From contig NC_043006.1 in assembly GCF_006345805.1 (NCBI RefSeq), positions 86,862,001-86,926,000 of the forward strand: DNA of 64,000 nucleotides, given 5' to 3'. A program made the position numbers and the translations under genes. Numbering within the stretch: position 1 is the first letter of the stretch; the number at the start of each line of letters is the position of its first letter. Under the pieces are notes generated by a model, which worked only from the letters and a program-made list of their open reading frames with translations, had not been told where the DNA came from and did no database searches. This DNA is from Octopus sinensis. Lineage: Eukaryota. This document shows, piece after piece, positions 51,555 to 63,479 of this stretch.

Positions 51555-51826
51555 TTACCTCTGCCTTAGCAAAGGTGGAGGTATTGTTTTCAGCCACATT
51601 TGTTTGTTTGTCTGTGGACAAGATATCTCAAGAACCACTGGATGGATTCAGATGAATATTTTTTTGCCTCATTTTTGAGAGCAGTCAGATTCATTTTTAG
51701 TATTCTCATTTGTGAGAGCAGCCGAGTTTATTTCAGATATTCTCATTTTAAAAATCTTCTCTGGCTAATCATTGAGCAGACTTTGGTGTTGCCTTGGCAG
51801 AGGCTTGCACTCTCTGAGTGCTCTTG
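51555..51826 (+). mobile_element. DINE-1/HINE-like element
   Basis: ttacctctgcc subTIR plus hairpin, (tttg)n, 3' ccttggcagagg subTIR and a gcactctctgagtgc stem-loop. It sits in (ATT)n. Confidence 0.7.
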
Positions 51827-51844
51827 CTATTATCATTATTATTG

Positions 51845-52700
51845 TAGACGTTGCACAGTATACAATATCGTAAGGTTGTTGATTGAAAATATTGTGTCTA
51901 TGGGGGTTTGTACTGTTTGTCAAGTCACAACAAGGACCTCTGACAAACAGTACTTTACACAATATGCATGCAGTTCCAAGTAACACTGAATTTTGCAATA
52001 CATCTAGATTGTAGGGCATTTCTAAAATTTTCAGATGTTTTTTCAGATTGGGTGGTATTGAACCCAATATTCCAAGGACAATAGGGATAACCGTTATGTT
52101 TGACTCTCATAGCTGCCACATCTTAGCGATCTCAATTCTCAGGTCTCCATCTTTGTTTCATGATTATATGTTGATCTCCTGGCACTGCCACATCAATTAT
52201 TAGACACTCTTGTTTGTTCCTCCTAAACATTGCTATATCCGGCCTTCAGTGCTCTAATACTTTGTCTGTCTGGAAGTCTAAGTCCCAGAAGATTTTTGCC
52301 TTCCTCATTTCATCCATTATCTTTTCTGGTGTATCCATACTTACAGCAAAGTAGCCAGTGGAGGTTTTGGACTACCTTGTCGTTTCTATGCTTGTACGCT
52401 TTCTGTGCAAGACTTTCACAAGCATAAAAATGTGAGTCACACTTTTGACTCTCTTCCCACATATTCTAAAGAGGTCCATTGCACTTGTCTGGTATATATT
52501 CTTTTTTCACTGATTTGATGTTCAATGCCTGATCCTGGGCAGTGATGATTAGGCATTCAGTATTCTTTTTTAGGTCACCCTTGTTCAGCTAGCTCCATGA
52601 TGTTTCCTGGTCTTTTAATTTGTTGGCTTCACAATGGAACTGACCATGTAATTCCATGTGGAATAGGGTTTCTTCTCTCTTGTTGGCAATTACCCATTGC
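51845..52700 (-). mobile_element. R4/Dong-like (restriction-like endonuclease) LINE 3' fragment
   Basis: Minus-strand remnants in order: LHGQF, GDLKKNTECLIITAQDQA, a zinc knuckle (RICGKRVKSVTHI..ACESLAQKAYKHRNDKV), LHWLLCCKYG, IIDVAVPGD, IPIVLGILGSIP and LQNSVLLGTACILCKVL. The 3' end runs into AATAATAATGATAAT. Confidence 0.85.
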
Positions 52701-52709
52701 ACCCTGTAT

Positions 52710-53060
52710 ATCATCATCATCATCATTTAGCGTCCATAATCTATGCTGGCATGGATTGGATGGTTTTCTAGAGCCAGCAAGCTGGAATGCTGTACCAGAT
52801 TCCAGTCTGATTTGGCATGGTTTCTACAGCTGGATGCCCTTCAAAACGCCAACCACGCCAAGAGTGTAATGGATACTTTTACATGTTACTGGCATGGGTA
52901 CCATTTGCATGACACTGGTATCTGCCATAACTGCAATTTTACTTAGCTTGATAGGTCTTCTTCTCAACATAATGCCAAAAGTCTTGGTCATTGCCTCCAT
53001 GAGGCCCATCACTGAAAAAAAGGCCCAGCCACTTTTCCTCCATGAAGTCCAATGATGGAA
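52710..53060 (-). mobile_element. RTE-LINE 3' tail fragment
   Basis: (CAT)n followed by ttagcgtccat...gctggatgcccttc, the reverse complement of the 43400-43885 region. Confidence 0.8.
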
Positions 53061-54039
53061 AGGTGCTTTCTACATATCAGTTACATGAAATCAGCATATA
53101 GATACACATAAGAAATTATATTGCATGAGCAAAAATAGAATGCTCAATACATTTATAGAGTAATATACATACTTTTACATAATCTCAGGCAGATTGTCAT
53201 TTTTTGATATAATAGACCTTACTGTGCACCCCACTCCAAGAACTGAGTTCTATATTAGGTAATGCTTACACCATAATAACATGTATAATAAGTATTGGTA
53301 TATGTTTTGTACTTCTTACAATTTGTGTGCATGTGTTTGTGTGTATATGTGCATTTACAGATGCATGTATGATCAATGTGGGAATTAGAATGTTACTAAT
53401 AATTTCATGACCGAGTTTAAAAGACAGAAAGTAAACCATTTGCATTCCAGTATTTGAATATTTCCCAAGTATCTTCTTCATTCAAATTTTCTAAGATCAA
53501 CTTTACCTTTCACTCTGCCCTCATCAACTGCTGAAGCAGATATAATAGATTCAACCCTCCTTCAAAAGACATGGCTTTTCCTTCTTTTTTTTATTCTTTT
53601 ATTGGTTTTAGTCATTGGACAAAAGCCATTATGGGGTACCACCTTCAAGGTTTTAATCAATTACATCAACCCACGTATTGCTTTGCAATACTTATATTAT
53701 TGATCTCATGAGGTGAAACAAGTAAGATGCCATGAGCATGAAGAGACATAACCAAATAAGAAAAGGCATAAAGTGCATCTTTGTTCCCTGTATTGATTCC
53801 ATTGCTGAAAGAAATGCATTCCTTTTCCTTTGTTTGTCCATTTTACATTAATTCATTTCATGCAAGCATGGGTTGCATGAATGCATTACAGCAGAATGCC
53901 TTTCTTCTAACTAACCCTTAACCTGATTCACAGGTAACTGATCTTTTATTTGACTTGTCTTTGAAGGTGTAAAACAGGTGTATGATTTGTTGACAGAAAA
54001 AAATGGCAACACCACTTATGTCTCATGATATTCAGAGAA

Positions 54040-54580
54040 TGTGCAAACACACACATATACAAGGAGCTTCTTTCATATTCCATCTACAAAATCAACTTAC
54101 ATAGCTTTAATCAGACTGGGGTTATAGTGAAAGACAGTTGTCCAAGGTGCTGTGCAATGGGACTAAACCCGTAACCATGTGGCTGAGGAGTAAATTTCTA
54201 AACCACACAAGCTAAGTCTGTGCCCAATATGTATATTTTAGCTTTTTCTTGTTTCAGTTATTAGACTGCAGCCATTGAAAATTTTTTAATCAAAGGAATC
54301 AACTCAGGCAATTATTTTATTTTAAGACTGGTACTTATTCTATTGGTCTCTTTTGCTGAACTACAAATTTATGGGGATGAAAACACACCAACACTGGTTG
54401 TCAAACGGTGGTAGTGGTAGTGGTGATGGTGGTGGGGACAAACACAGACACAAGAACACACAAATGACAGGTTTCTTTCAGTTTCTGTCGACTAAATCTC
54501 CTCACAAGTCTTTGGTCAAGAAGACGCTTCAGGTGTAACATAGTGGGACCATGCGGTTGGGAAGTAAGCTTCTCACCACT
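54040..54580 (-). mobile_element. Two diverged SINE family A copies
   Basis: A head at about 54040-54215 and a near-complete copy at about 54240-54580. Confidence 0.65.
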
Positions 54581-54641
<61 letters not shown>

Positions 54642-55204
54642 ATAAGTAGGCTTGATGACAGGGAGTTTCAAGAGTACCATTAATTTCTTGTATATATAAC
54701 TCATTTTTTCCTTATAATTTTAAACTTCTGAAAACTTGATAAATATTCTTGCGGCCTCTCTGAATAATCACTTTCTTCTTCATTTTGAAATATGCTTGAA
54801 GAATTTTCACATTTTCTTTTCATTCTATTACATTTATTATTTTCCCACTTTTCCTTTGCATTTTGGAAGATTCCAATACATAACAATGAGCTTGACTTGA
54901 ACAAAGAACCCTGGGTGCCTGCCCAAGTTGCTTGGTACCTTCAGCTAGCTCTAAAAAGGCCTTAGTGTAAAGGAGAATGGTTAGGTTTTAGGGGCTATAT
55001 TTTCTTGTCAGTTGGTTATCCATTTCTTTTAAACAAGAACACACTACCTTATTCCATTTATCTCTTGTACAAAATATAGTTGTATGTATATATTTCAAAT
55101 GTTTAATATAATTATTTTATTACACTATTTGATTTACATCAATGTAACACTCTACAGCATATTATCATGTTTATAGGTTGTGATGCAGATGTGGTAATTA
55201 AGAT

Positions 55205-55253
55205 TACTAAAATTAATAACAATAATAATAATAATAATAGTAATAACAACAAC

Positions 55254-55298
<45 letters not shown>

Positions 55299-55345
55299 CA
55301 ACAACACAACAACAACAACAACAATAGCAAAAATAATAACGATAA
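55205..55345. repeat. (AAT)n/(AAC)n microsatellite
   Basis: Read directly from the sequence. Confidence 0.95.
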
Positions 55346-57617
55346 AAATGCTAGTGAAATTAAAAACAGTAATTTTGTGTTTGTTGTTATGTTTAATTTG
55401 CTCTCAAATGTGGTAAATAATCATTCAGAAAATGAAAAGAGTAAATGAAATTAAAAAAAAACCCAAAAAACAAAAGCAAAAATTCTATAAATGAAGAGAA
55501 AGACAGTTTCAGGAAAAGGATAAAGAAGAATGTGAGAATGTATCTAAGATTAAATCAAACAGTTGTTTGGTTTTCTTGAAGGACTGAATTGGCAGTCGTG
55601 CATGACTTCTTTGTTTAGTCATTTGATAAGGCTCGTTTGCTGTTTTAGATAATTAATGGACCAGATATAACAGACCGACTCCACTCATAAGTCATCTTTC
55701 ATTTAAAAACATACATATATACACTACAATGTTTAAACATTATTTTTATTTTTTTATCATGTGTATAGATTTTATGTATGCAGTATATTTTTCTATTAGG
55801 TTTTGTGTGTGTACATATTGTACACAAACATACACATGGTGTGATATGAGTTACATACATCAGCTAATAAAGTTTAAAAAAATAGATACAAACATCTATG
55901 GAGTATTCGTTTTCTATTTACTGTTTTATTTCATTTTACTTTGGTTTTCACTATCAGTTTTGTCATTTGTTGTGTATAATTCTGTTTATTTTATTAGTTT
56001 TACATTTCTCAATGGTCTTTTAGGATTATTTCTGTCAACACAGTCCACCACACATCACTTTATTCCGAACACCCCCATTCTCTTTTTGTATGGGTTTATT
56101 TCTAAATGTGTGAACAGATCTAAGGTACAAAGCATGGAATCATACTCCACTCTCCATATATCATACATCCCTCCTCATATATATATAGAGAGACAGACAG
56201 ACAGACAGATAGACAGACACAGGTATGGCTTTATGGTTAAGAATTTGCTTTTGAACCACATGAGTTCGGGTTTCAATCCATTGCATCGCACCAGCAAATA
56301 TGTAAAAAAGTGGACTTGATAATGTGATTTTTCCATTGATGAAGCAAAATACTTGTGTTGAATTTACTCAATTCTAGCAAGAACTATACATCTGCTGTAC
56401 TGAGGCTTTCTGAAGCTTTTTCAACTTTCACATTCCTGAAGCTACCTCAGCACTCAACAGCTTGCTCTCCACTTGAAAAATAGCTAATGGGTTTAAATCA
56501 CTCAGCAACAGTTGCACAGCAAACACAACATTGTTGTACCGTCATATTCTCTCTTCTTATAATACAAGGAATGGCAAAGAATAGAGATGAAGACAGCAAG
56601 GGGCTCTTGTTGAAAGTCAACATGATATTAGATTCAACAGTGTAATAATTTGAAGAGTATATATTGCATGTTCCCAGTTGAGATGAAGGTTTCTTTCTAT
56701 GAGCTTTTCTCCTTGTACTGTGAGATCCAAGGTATATGGCCCAAAATCTTTTCAAGATTTTCAGTCAATCAATGCTGTAGAGAGATGTAAAACACTGTCT
56801 CTAAGATAGCCAAGAGCCTTAGAGTTCTTTTCTTTATGCATTTAAAGTACTGTGAACTATCCTATCTTCTTCAGCTTTGGCTCAAGTATTGCGATGTCCT
56901 TGCCAAGTATTTCGATCAGCAAGCAGAACTGATTTACATCAATATGAAAGAAAATAGGGTACAAAGACCAACTAAGCAATGCAGTCTTCATCAACACTGA
57001 GAATAAATATAACAATATTGATTAAGAGTTTGAAAACTTTTGTCTCTTTCAGCCTAACCACACTAAAAGCAATATGTTATCAATCAAGGTTTTGAGCATT
57101 TTATAACACAATGTTGATACATTAAGATCATATATCAATGAACACTTGCTTTGCCATGATTGTAGAAGTAAATTGATAACAGCCTGATGCTCTTGTCACC
57201 AACAGTCATCTGTTTCAAAGCAAAATACTTCCCCCACAGCTGGACATGTATCTACAGAAAACTGGAACTGCACAATGTGTATGATAATGACAAGAAGACA
57301 CAAAACACACACACACATCCACAATAGGCTTCTTTCATTTTCTGTAGAATAAACCCACATAAAGACACATTGCTAGGATGTCAATCTTTGGAATCGAACC
57401 TGAAACATAGTTGAGAAGCTAACTTCTTATCCACTCAGCATGCTTCACTCATAAACCTTCACACAAAACGTTATTGTTAAATAAAAATAATTACATTAGA
57501 GTTACTCTGAGTATCCTTGTGCTTTATTCAATTTTTTTGTTTGTTTTAGATGAAGACAGATCCTCCATCAGTTATGCTGATTCAGTTGTATGAACACCTG
57601 AATTGTCTAATTATTTA

Positions 57618-58015
57618 TCTCTATATATATAAAGCTGAAGTTGTCTGTGTATGGCAGGTTTGGTAGCCTTCAACTAACACTATCTCCTCCGAGACCCTGC
57701 GGCGCAAGTTGACCAAATTTGAGAGTATGATAGAAGAAGGCTTCTCTTCCTTCTGTTGAAGAAAAAATTCAAATTGGACCATGTTAACACCAAAAATTAT
57801 TTACATCAAAAAGGTGCTTTTTTTCTATGAAAATCCCTATTTTTTATGATATTTTTTACTGCTATGTCGCCATTTTTCGGTGTATTTCAACCAGAAAAAT
57901 GTTCACTTAAAGAGAATAACAAGCTACATAATGCAAAATTTTTACTTTTAAAAAATTCCAATTCTAAAGGGTCGAAACAAACCCAAGCAAAGCTGGGTTT
58001 ACATTAAAATCTAAG
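57618..58015 (+). mobile_element. Non-autonomous Helitron-like element
   Basis: 5' TCTATATATATAAAGCTGAAGTTGTCTGTGT start and a subterminal hairpin CCCAAGCAAAGCTGGG. The CTRR end is only approximate. Confidence 0.5.
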
Positions 58016-59030
58016 TGGCTGTGTATTTCACAAGCATGAGTATTCTCAATACACTTCTCAGTCAGAATTGCATGATACAATACGTGACCAGGTTAGAACT
58101 TTAAATTACATCCACATATTTTCTGTTTACCAAATTTCACAAGGATAACCCAAGGCTATGTTAAGCTCTTACCCTGAATACCATGTATTAGAATCCAACA
58201 AACTTCCTCATGAATGAAAAGCAAACTTCTTAACCACTCAACTACGTCTGCAATCATTATGTTTTAAATAACTTTCTGATGGAGAAACTGATTTTTTTTT
58301 AGTTATTAATTGATCATTTCTTCTACATCAGCTTTCTCATGCTGGCTACCCTACCCTCTTGTTGGCTCTTCTAGTGGTTAAGTTGCCTGATTCTTTATTA
58401 CCAAGCTGTCAACAATAGATGTTAATCTACAACTAAGAGGGAGAAGAGATCTAAATATAATAATATGAAGAAATGTAAAGAAAATGTCTAAAAAGGGGAA
58501 AAAAAAGAGTAATTGAATGTCACTGCATTTGTGTGTATGTGTGTGATGTCTGTATGCGTTTATATGAGATTGTGTATGTAGAGGCCAGTCCTATGTATGT
58601 GAGTATATGTATTTGTGAGTGAGTTTGTGTATCTGTGCTTGATTATGTGTGTAAATGTGTGCACCTGTGCATGTGTGTATGTGCATTGTCTGTGTGCTTG
58701 CTTGCACGTGTTTCTCTGCATATGCATGTGTATGTGCGTTTTTCAGTGCATGAATATTTCTGAGGTTCAAGACATGAAATCACTTAGCAATGACATAACT
58801 TATCCATCAAATTGTTATTATTCGAATGTCTTCATAAAATGAAATAATACTCAAAAAGAAGTAGTAAAATTAATAGTACGTTTCCCTGAATGCGGAAGAA
58901 AGGGAAGAAAAATCTACAGGATATAGTTTTATAGCTTTCTTATATACTAAAGGAGTCAAGAAGACAAACGTAATCATATTTACAATAAGTAATATCATAC
59001 AGAAGTATTATTATCATTATTATTATCATT

Positions 59031-59346
59031 CAGTAGTTTTATTTTTACAACGTGCTTTCACTTCACTACCGAGCGCAGCTCTGTGTGCCTTGGGTATGTG
59101 CTGTGATTTGTTGTGATGCTCTGATGGTTACTGTATTGAAAGTGTTCTGCGTAGGATGTGTGCAGTGCCTAGTAGTGCAATTTTCTGTATGTTATATGTG
59201 TTTGTAAGTCCTGATGTTTTTGTTATGTATTTGTCTGAATATTTTTTTATCATGCCTAATGCACCTACTATGATAGGAATTGTTTCTGTTTTTAGATTCC
59301 ACATTCTAGTTACCTCTATTTCCAAGTCTTTGTATTTTGAAAATAT
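59031..59346 (-). mobile_element. 5'-truncated R4/Dong-like LINE 3' end embedded in (AAT)n
   Basis: The open frame KYKDLEIEVTRMWNLKTETIPIIVGALGMIKK...IQKIALLGTAHILRRTLS (track ORF 59128-59454) is followed by a short 3' UTR. Both junctions lie in (AAT/AAC)n. Confidence 0.88.
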
Positions 59347-59380
59347 ATTATTGTTGTTGTTGTTGTTGTTGTTATTATTA

Positions 59381-59429
<49 letters not shown>

Positions 59430-59446
59430 CATCATCATCATCATCA

Positions 59447-59940
59447 AGGATCATAATAGAAGAATTATTAGAGCATTGGATAAAATTCCTTACAGTATTT
59501 TCTCTGCCACTTTATGTTCTGAGTCCAAATCTCACTGAGCTTAACTTTGCCTTTCAGTCTCATGAGGTCAGTAATCTACCAGCCAAATGTGAGCTGCAAT
59601 TTAATTGACCAACCCAACACCTAAAATTTCTGGCTTTCTGTCTGTATAAGAAATCATTATGGTGGATTGGCAGAATTGTTTGAAGAGCAACAATGTCTTG
59701 CAGTATTTTTTTTTTCCATGTTTTTATGTTCTGAGCTCAAAATCTGCTGGGATCAGCTAGGACATTCATCCAACTGGGGCAGATTAAATTAAAGTTCCAG
59801 TCAAGTACTGCAGTTGATTTAATGAACTATACTCTCTCCTAAAATTGTGACCTTATACCAATGACAGAAATGAATAAGGGTCATGGAGTGGCAGAATCAA
59901 GCTTGTGGAAGACAAAAAGTTATGCAACATTTCGTTATCT
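59447..59940 (+). mobile_element. Run of degenerate SINE-B copies
   Basis: Repeated ggcagaat...tgagctcaaa...tttgcctttca motifs. Confidence 0.55.
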
Positions 59941-59944
59941 TTTA

Positions 59945-60305
59945 TTGTTTCGGTCATTTGCCTGCTGCCATGCTGGGGCACCACCTTCAAGAATTTTTAG
60001 TTGAATGAATCAACTCCAGTACTTATACAATTGGTCTCTTTTGTTGAACTGCTAAGTTACAAGGGACATAAACACACCAACACCAGTTGTCAAGTAGAAG
60101 TGGGGGACTAATGCACACACACAAATGCACATATATACACGTGATGGGCTTCTTTCAGTTTCTGTCTTCCAAATCCACTCACAAGGTTTTGGTAGCTCAA
60201 GGCTATAGCAGAAGACACTTGCTTTGCCCAAAGTGTCATGCAGTGGGACTGAACCCAGAACTATGTGGTTTGAAAGCAAAATTTTTACTAGACAGTCACA
60301 CCTGT
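59945..60305 (-). mobile_element. SINE family A (diverged)
   Basis: ttctttcagtttctgtcttccaaatccactcacaagg...cagtgggactgaacccagaac. Confidence 0.75.
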
Positions 60306-61026
60306 GTTCAGAATTCAAATCATACAAGGATTAATTTTGTTTTTCATTCTTCCATTTTTGATTAAAAGTATAACCAGCCATCACTCAAGAGCAAGTGTGG
60401 TTTGTTTAACAAGTACCATGCTTTCATTACTTGCTTTAGGGCTGATGTAGTTATTAGCAAGCAAAGACACATGCTTGGTCCTCCCACTCATCACCCAACA
60501 GAATATCATGATTGTGATAACTGGAAAGGCAGAGGGTTGAAGCAGAACTTTGTTGGTATTCATATTGCCTTGTCCAAGAAAACAAAATGCCATCCTGTCT
60601 GGGAATCAAATCCACAAACCTATGATCATAAGCCCAAAGTTTTTTTGTCTACAATTCTAATCCCTTTCTCTAGACCACACCTCTTCACATACTGATAAAA
60701 TCAAGCATCAGTTGTATACTGAGGTTGATACAATTAGTAATACCTACTCCTCTCTGAAGAGGACTATTTCCAATGAAAATTTCTGTTGTTCATTGGAAAG
60801 CAATAATGTGAACATAAAGGACTGTTTTGCTATTTCTTCCGTTTATTTTGAATTTCCATTGATGTTGGGACAAAAACGTAGAGCTGAGGTGATAGGTGGA
60901 TGGGGAGATATGTCTGACATAAGTGATCAGCCTTTGATAAATGTTATAAACATTAGTCCATTAGCATTGATGTCTCCATAATGTTTTCCAACCTAACAGT
61001 ATTGTTGTCAATGATATTAATATTAC

Positions 61027-61089
<63 letters not shown>

Positions 61090-61117
61090 TGTTGTTATTA
61101 TTATTATTATTATCATT

Positions 61118-61275
61118 CAGTAGTTTTATTTTTATAACGTGCTTTCACTTCACTACTGAGCACAGTTCTGTGCACCTTGGGTATGTGCTGTCGTTTGGTT
61201 TGTATTGAAAGTGTTTTGTGCAGTGCCAAGTAGTGCATTTTTCTGTATGTTATATATATTTGTAAGTCCTGGTGT
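61118..61275 (-). mobile_element. Shorter copy of the 59031 R4/Dong-like 3' end, embedded in (AAT)n
   Basis: Same terminus cagtagttttattttta..acgtgctttcacttcactac as 59031. It is more truncated and has an internal deletion. Confidence 0.85.
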
Positions 61276-61300
61276 TATTATTATTATTATTATTATTATA

Positions 61301-61990
61301 AAGGCTGTGAACTGACAGAATCATTAGCATGCTGGGCAAAATGCATAACAGTATTTCATCTGTCTTCACATTCTGAGTTCAAATTATGCCGAGGTTGACT
61401 TTGCTTGTCATTCTTTTGGGGTTGATAAATTAAGTACCAGTGAAACACTGGGGTTGATGTAGTCGACATTTCTCCTGCCAGAAAATTTCAGGTCTTGTGC
61501 CTTTAGTAGAAAAGATTATCATTATTATTATTATGTGAGAATGAGCTATAATCAGTAGAATGCTAGACAAAATGCTTTGTAATTTCTCATTATACTACAT
61601 AACCTTCTGAGTTCAAGTTTCACCAGGTTTATCCTTGCATTTCCTGGTTTTGGTGGTTAATAAATTCGAGTCAAACACTGGAGTCAATAAAATTAACTTA
61701 ATTCTTATTCATAAAATGTGTTGACTTGTTCTTAATTTTAAAATCATCATCATATTATTGGTGGAGTTGCAGATTTATTAGTGCATCAACCATAGTGATT
61801 TGTGCTATTTGTTCCAGCTCTTTAAGATCTGAGTTCAAATCCCACCAAGGTAAACTAAGCTCTTCATCCTTCTAGGATAGATAAAATGGAGTGCCAAGAA
61901 CACTAGTATTGGGACCAAAATAATCAACTATACCCCTCGTCCAAATATGAGACATGGTGAGACCTTGTCCCTATGAAAGAAATTATTATT
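61301..61990 (+). mobile_element. Three head-to-tail SINE-B copies, each ending in short (ATT)n
   Basis: Approximately 61301-61520, 61535-61745 and 61760-61990. Confidence 0.65.
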
Positions 61991-62064
61991 ATTAACATTA
62001 TTTCACTCAGCATTTCATTGTTGTTCTGCTGGAATTGGATTGCTAGGTATCAATACATATAGGC

Positions 62065-62220
62065 ATAGGTTTGGCTGTGTGGTTAAAAAATTTGCTTTCA
62101 AATTCATGGTTTCAGATTCAGTCCCACTGTGTAGAACCTTGGGCAAGTATCTTATACAATAGCACTGAGCCAACCAAAGGCTTGTGAATGAATATGGTTG
62201 ATGGAACCTGAAAGAAGTAT
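62065..62220 (+). mobile_element. SINE family A head
   Basis: ggcataggtttggctgtgtggttaa...gattcagtcccactg...ccttgggcaagt. Confidence 0.7.
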
Positions 62221-62225
62221 ATATC

Positions 62226-62257
<32 letters not shown>

Positions 62258-62259
<2 letters not shown>

Positions 62260-62566
62260 CACCGTGACTGACCAGGCTGTCAGATGTTGCTACACATCGC
62301 TGGTCACAATGTGCTTTGCATTGTTTTAGCCTTCAAATGACGCCACCCTGCTGGCTAAGCGAGTAGGCCAACAAGAAGAATGAGTGAGAGAAAGTTGTGG
62401 TGAAAGACTACAACAGGGGTCGCCCCCCCCCCCCCCCTGCAGGAGCCTCGTGCAGCTTTAGGTGTTTTCGCTCAATAAACACTCACAACGCCCGGTCTGG
62501 GAATTGAAACCGCAATCCTACAACCGTGAGTCCGCTGCCCTAACCTCTGGGCCATTGTGCCTCCAC
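62258..62566 (-). mobile_element. SINE family C (short-tail form)
   Basis: Homologous to 24560-24870 along its whole length. Confidence 0.85.
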
Positions 62567-62612
<46 letters not shown>

Positions 62613-62659
62613 AATCCAAAAGGGAAACAAAAAAACAACAACAACAGGAACAATTACAG

Positions 62660-62900
62660 TATTATTATTAAAAGGCGCTCAGGAGATGGAAGCAGGGAGG
62701 TATGACGTTTCGAGCGGAGCTCTTCGTCGGAAACATAAAGAAGGAAGAGAGAGGAAAGAAAGATCCCAGAGCGGGCAACAGGGAAAGAGAAAAAAGACGA
62801 CTGGTGTTTACGAGTTGCACATGGTGAAAGGCGGATGTTGACGATAACAAGAGCAAAGTGGGTTTTTAAAGGCTAAAGAGTGGAGACAAGGTTGGTAACC
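62660..62900 (-). mobile_element. Probable Penelope-like pseudo-LTR region
   Basis: A CpG-retaining segment that carries a minimal hammerhead motif about 40 nt from a 3' end running into AATAATAAT. Confidence 0.5.
62700..62734 (-). ncRNA. Minimal type-I hammerhead ribozyme-like motif (Penelope type)
   Basis: Minus strand reads GUUU-CCGACGA-A-GAGC(UCC)GCUC-GAAA-CG-UC-AUAC. It has a perfect stem II, a palindromic stem III ACGU and a GUC site. Deviations are U4C and one stem I mismatch. Confidence 0.65.
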
Positions 62901-63479
62901 CAACAGATGTGTGTGTATGTGTGAGTGTGTGCGTGTGCGTGTGTGTATGTGTGTGTGTGAGGCGAGATGAAAAAACAAAAAATATGTGTGTGTTAGTGTG
63001 TGCGTCTGTGTGTAGGCGTGTGAGGTAGGGCGAGACTGGTGGTCAGCTAGCAGACGAGGTCAGTAGTAAGAAAAAGAAGGAAGGAGGAAGGGAGGTCAGT
63101 AGTAAGAAAAAGAAGGAAGGAGGAAGGGAGGGGAAGGGGTGGGGGCGTATGTAGCGTGCCAGCGTGTGTTGAGTAGTAGTGTGTGTGTGTGTCCAGTGTC
63201 GTGGTGGTATTAATGGCGAGTAGATTGAATGTGTGTAAGAGTGATGTATATATATAGGCAAGGTGTGTATATGTGTGCGCGTGTGTGTAACGAAAAAAGG
63301 GGGGGGTTTAAGGAAAAAGGACTCCAGCTGAGGGGAAGATGGAAGAGTGGTACCGCGGAGACAGGCGTGGGAAAACCCAACGACACGCGACGGTCCCAGG
63401 AACGGGCGGGAGGTCTCGTCAGGTCCAAGGGCGAGGTGTATGCGGCGCGTATGCAGCGCGAGCCGGCGCAAGTGCGTAT

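Noticed and set aside
55729-56319. 196-aa hydrophobic ORF
   Set aside because: It has AT-rich F/Y/I/L-biased composition, runs through a microsatellite and a SINE head, and shows no motif or convincing splice context.
56350-57200. Possible GIY-YIG/RT remnants of a retroelement
   Set aside because: Suggestive words appear on both strands and do not form an ordered domain. It remains unresolved without a profile search.
63415-63430. CTGACGAG on the minus strand as a hammerhead core
   Set aside because: There is no downstream stem II-GAAA.
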